Position numbers and translations under genes: made by a program. 64,000 nucleotides of DNA from Candidatus Thalassarchaeum betae. Lineage in GTDB: Archaea > Thermoplasmatota > Poseidoniia > Poseidoniales > Thalassarchaeaceae. Positions 63,407 through 64,000 of this stretch are shown one piece after another. Location of the stretch: assembly GCA_003193925.1 (NCBI GenBank), contig PSPG01000004.1, forward strand, positions 1 through 64,000. Reading direction: 5' to 3'. Within the stretch, counting starts at the first letter, position 1, and the number at the start of each line of letters is the position of its first letter. Under the pieces are notes generated by a model, which saw nothing but the letters and a program-made list of their open reading frames with translations, was not told the origin of the DNA and searched no databases.

Positions 63407-64000
63407 ATGGAATTCCAAAACGATGTGGTGCATGGGATTCCACAATACATGCCCGAAATTAGGGGGTTGGATGACACGGTTGATCACGCTCCTCGCCGGC
63501 CCAGCGTCCTGAATGCTTCTGAGAGTCGGGAAGCCCTGAGCAACGCCCTGAGGTACTTCCCCAAGGATTGGCATGGAGAGCTATCAGCAGAATTTGCTGA
63601 CGAGTTAAACGCATACGGTCACATCTACATGCATAGGTTCCGACCCTCATATCCAATGCACGCACGTCCGATTTCCGAGTATCCAGCAAAGATCGGGCAG
63701 GCCTCCGCAATAATGATGATGATTCAGAACAACCTAGACCCTGTATTAGCGCAATACCCGCATGAGTTAGTCACCTATGGAGGCAACGGCACTGTATTTC
63801 AGAACTGGATCCAGTATCGACTGACGATGGCGTATCTGGCCAAGATGAATCAGGACCAAACTCTGGTCATGTACTCCGGGCACCCCCTCGGGCTGTTTCC
63901 ATCCAGCTCAGGAGCACCCCGAGTAATTATCACTAATGGCATGGTGGTCCCTAACTACTCCTCCCAAGCCGAATACGAGCGCATGAGCGCCATGGGAGTC
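63407..64000 (+). CDS. hutU: Urocanate hydratase, long eukaryote-like type (3'-truncated; absent from the ORF track)
   Basis: My translation: MEFQNDVVHGIP...HAPRRP...NALRYFP...YGHIYMHRFRP...MIQNNLDP..AQYPHELVTYGGNG.VFQNW.QY...YSGHPLGLFPS. Confidence 0.93.
   Translation, partial: MEFQNDVVHGIPQYMPEIRGLDDTVDHAPRRPSVLNASESREALSNALRYFPKDWHGELSAEFADELNAYGHIYMHRFRPSYPMHARPISEYPAKIGQASAIMMMIQNNLDPVLAQYPHELVTYGGNGTVFQNWIQYRLTMAYLAKMNQDQTLVMYSGHPLGLFPSSSGAPRVIITNGMVVPNYSSQAEYERMSAMGV

Noticed and set aside
1-64000. Mobile elements, provirus or defence island
   Set aside because: No integrase, transposase, terminal repeats, viral or defence genes were recognised; the content is essentially all housekeeping.

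Overview
Gene-dense core-chromosome segment of an archaeon, most likely Marine Group II (Ca. Poseidoniales, Thermoplasmatota). This is inferred from the archaeal information genes, PGF-CTERM/TSP3 surface protein, archaeosortase, OPT transporter, type 1 IDI and eukaryote-like HutU. About 56 CDSs: eIF5A, SRP54, TrkAH, RFC-L, GlyRS/ProRS/MetRS, a 1763-aa Lhr helicase, archaeosortase A, GmhA/GmhB, TiaS, PurB, Dph6, the proteasome-exosome superoperon, rps12-rps7-EF2, isoprenoid genes (UbiD-family decarboxylase, IDI1-prenyltransferase fusion, IPK), thiolase, KptA, CoaBC, split transketolase, futalosine genes mqnE/A/D, PriS, Tsr3, aMBF1, PAN and histidine catabolism. I saw no rRNA, tRNA, CRISPR or mobile element. 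The most striking unexplained signal is architectural. At 8 of the 12 convergent gene junctions the two stop codons abut with exactly 0 nt between them, forming a near-palindromic TRA-YYA hexamer (mostly TGATYA). The other 4 junctions overlap and none has a spacer. Two junctions share an identical 15-mer built from Glu-tail codons. Other signals are a GC decline along the window, a low-GC patch in a loop of the OPT transporter, and a giant Lhr C-terminal region with two AlkZ-like motifs. All calls come from motif recognition by eye; no database searches were run.
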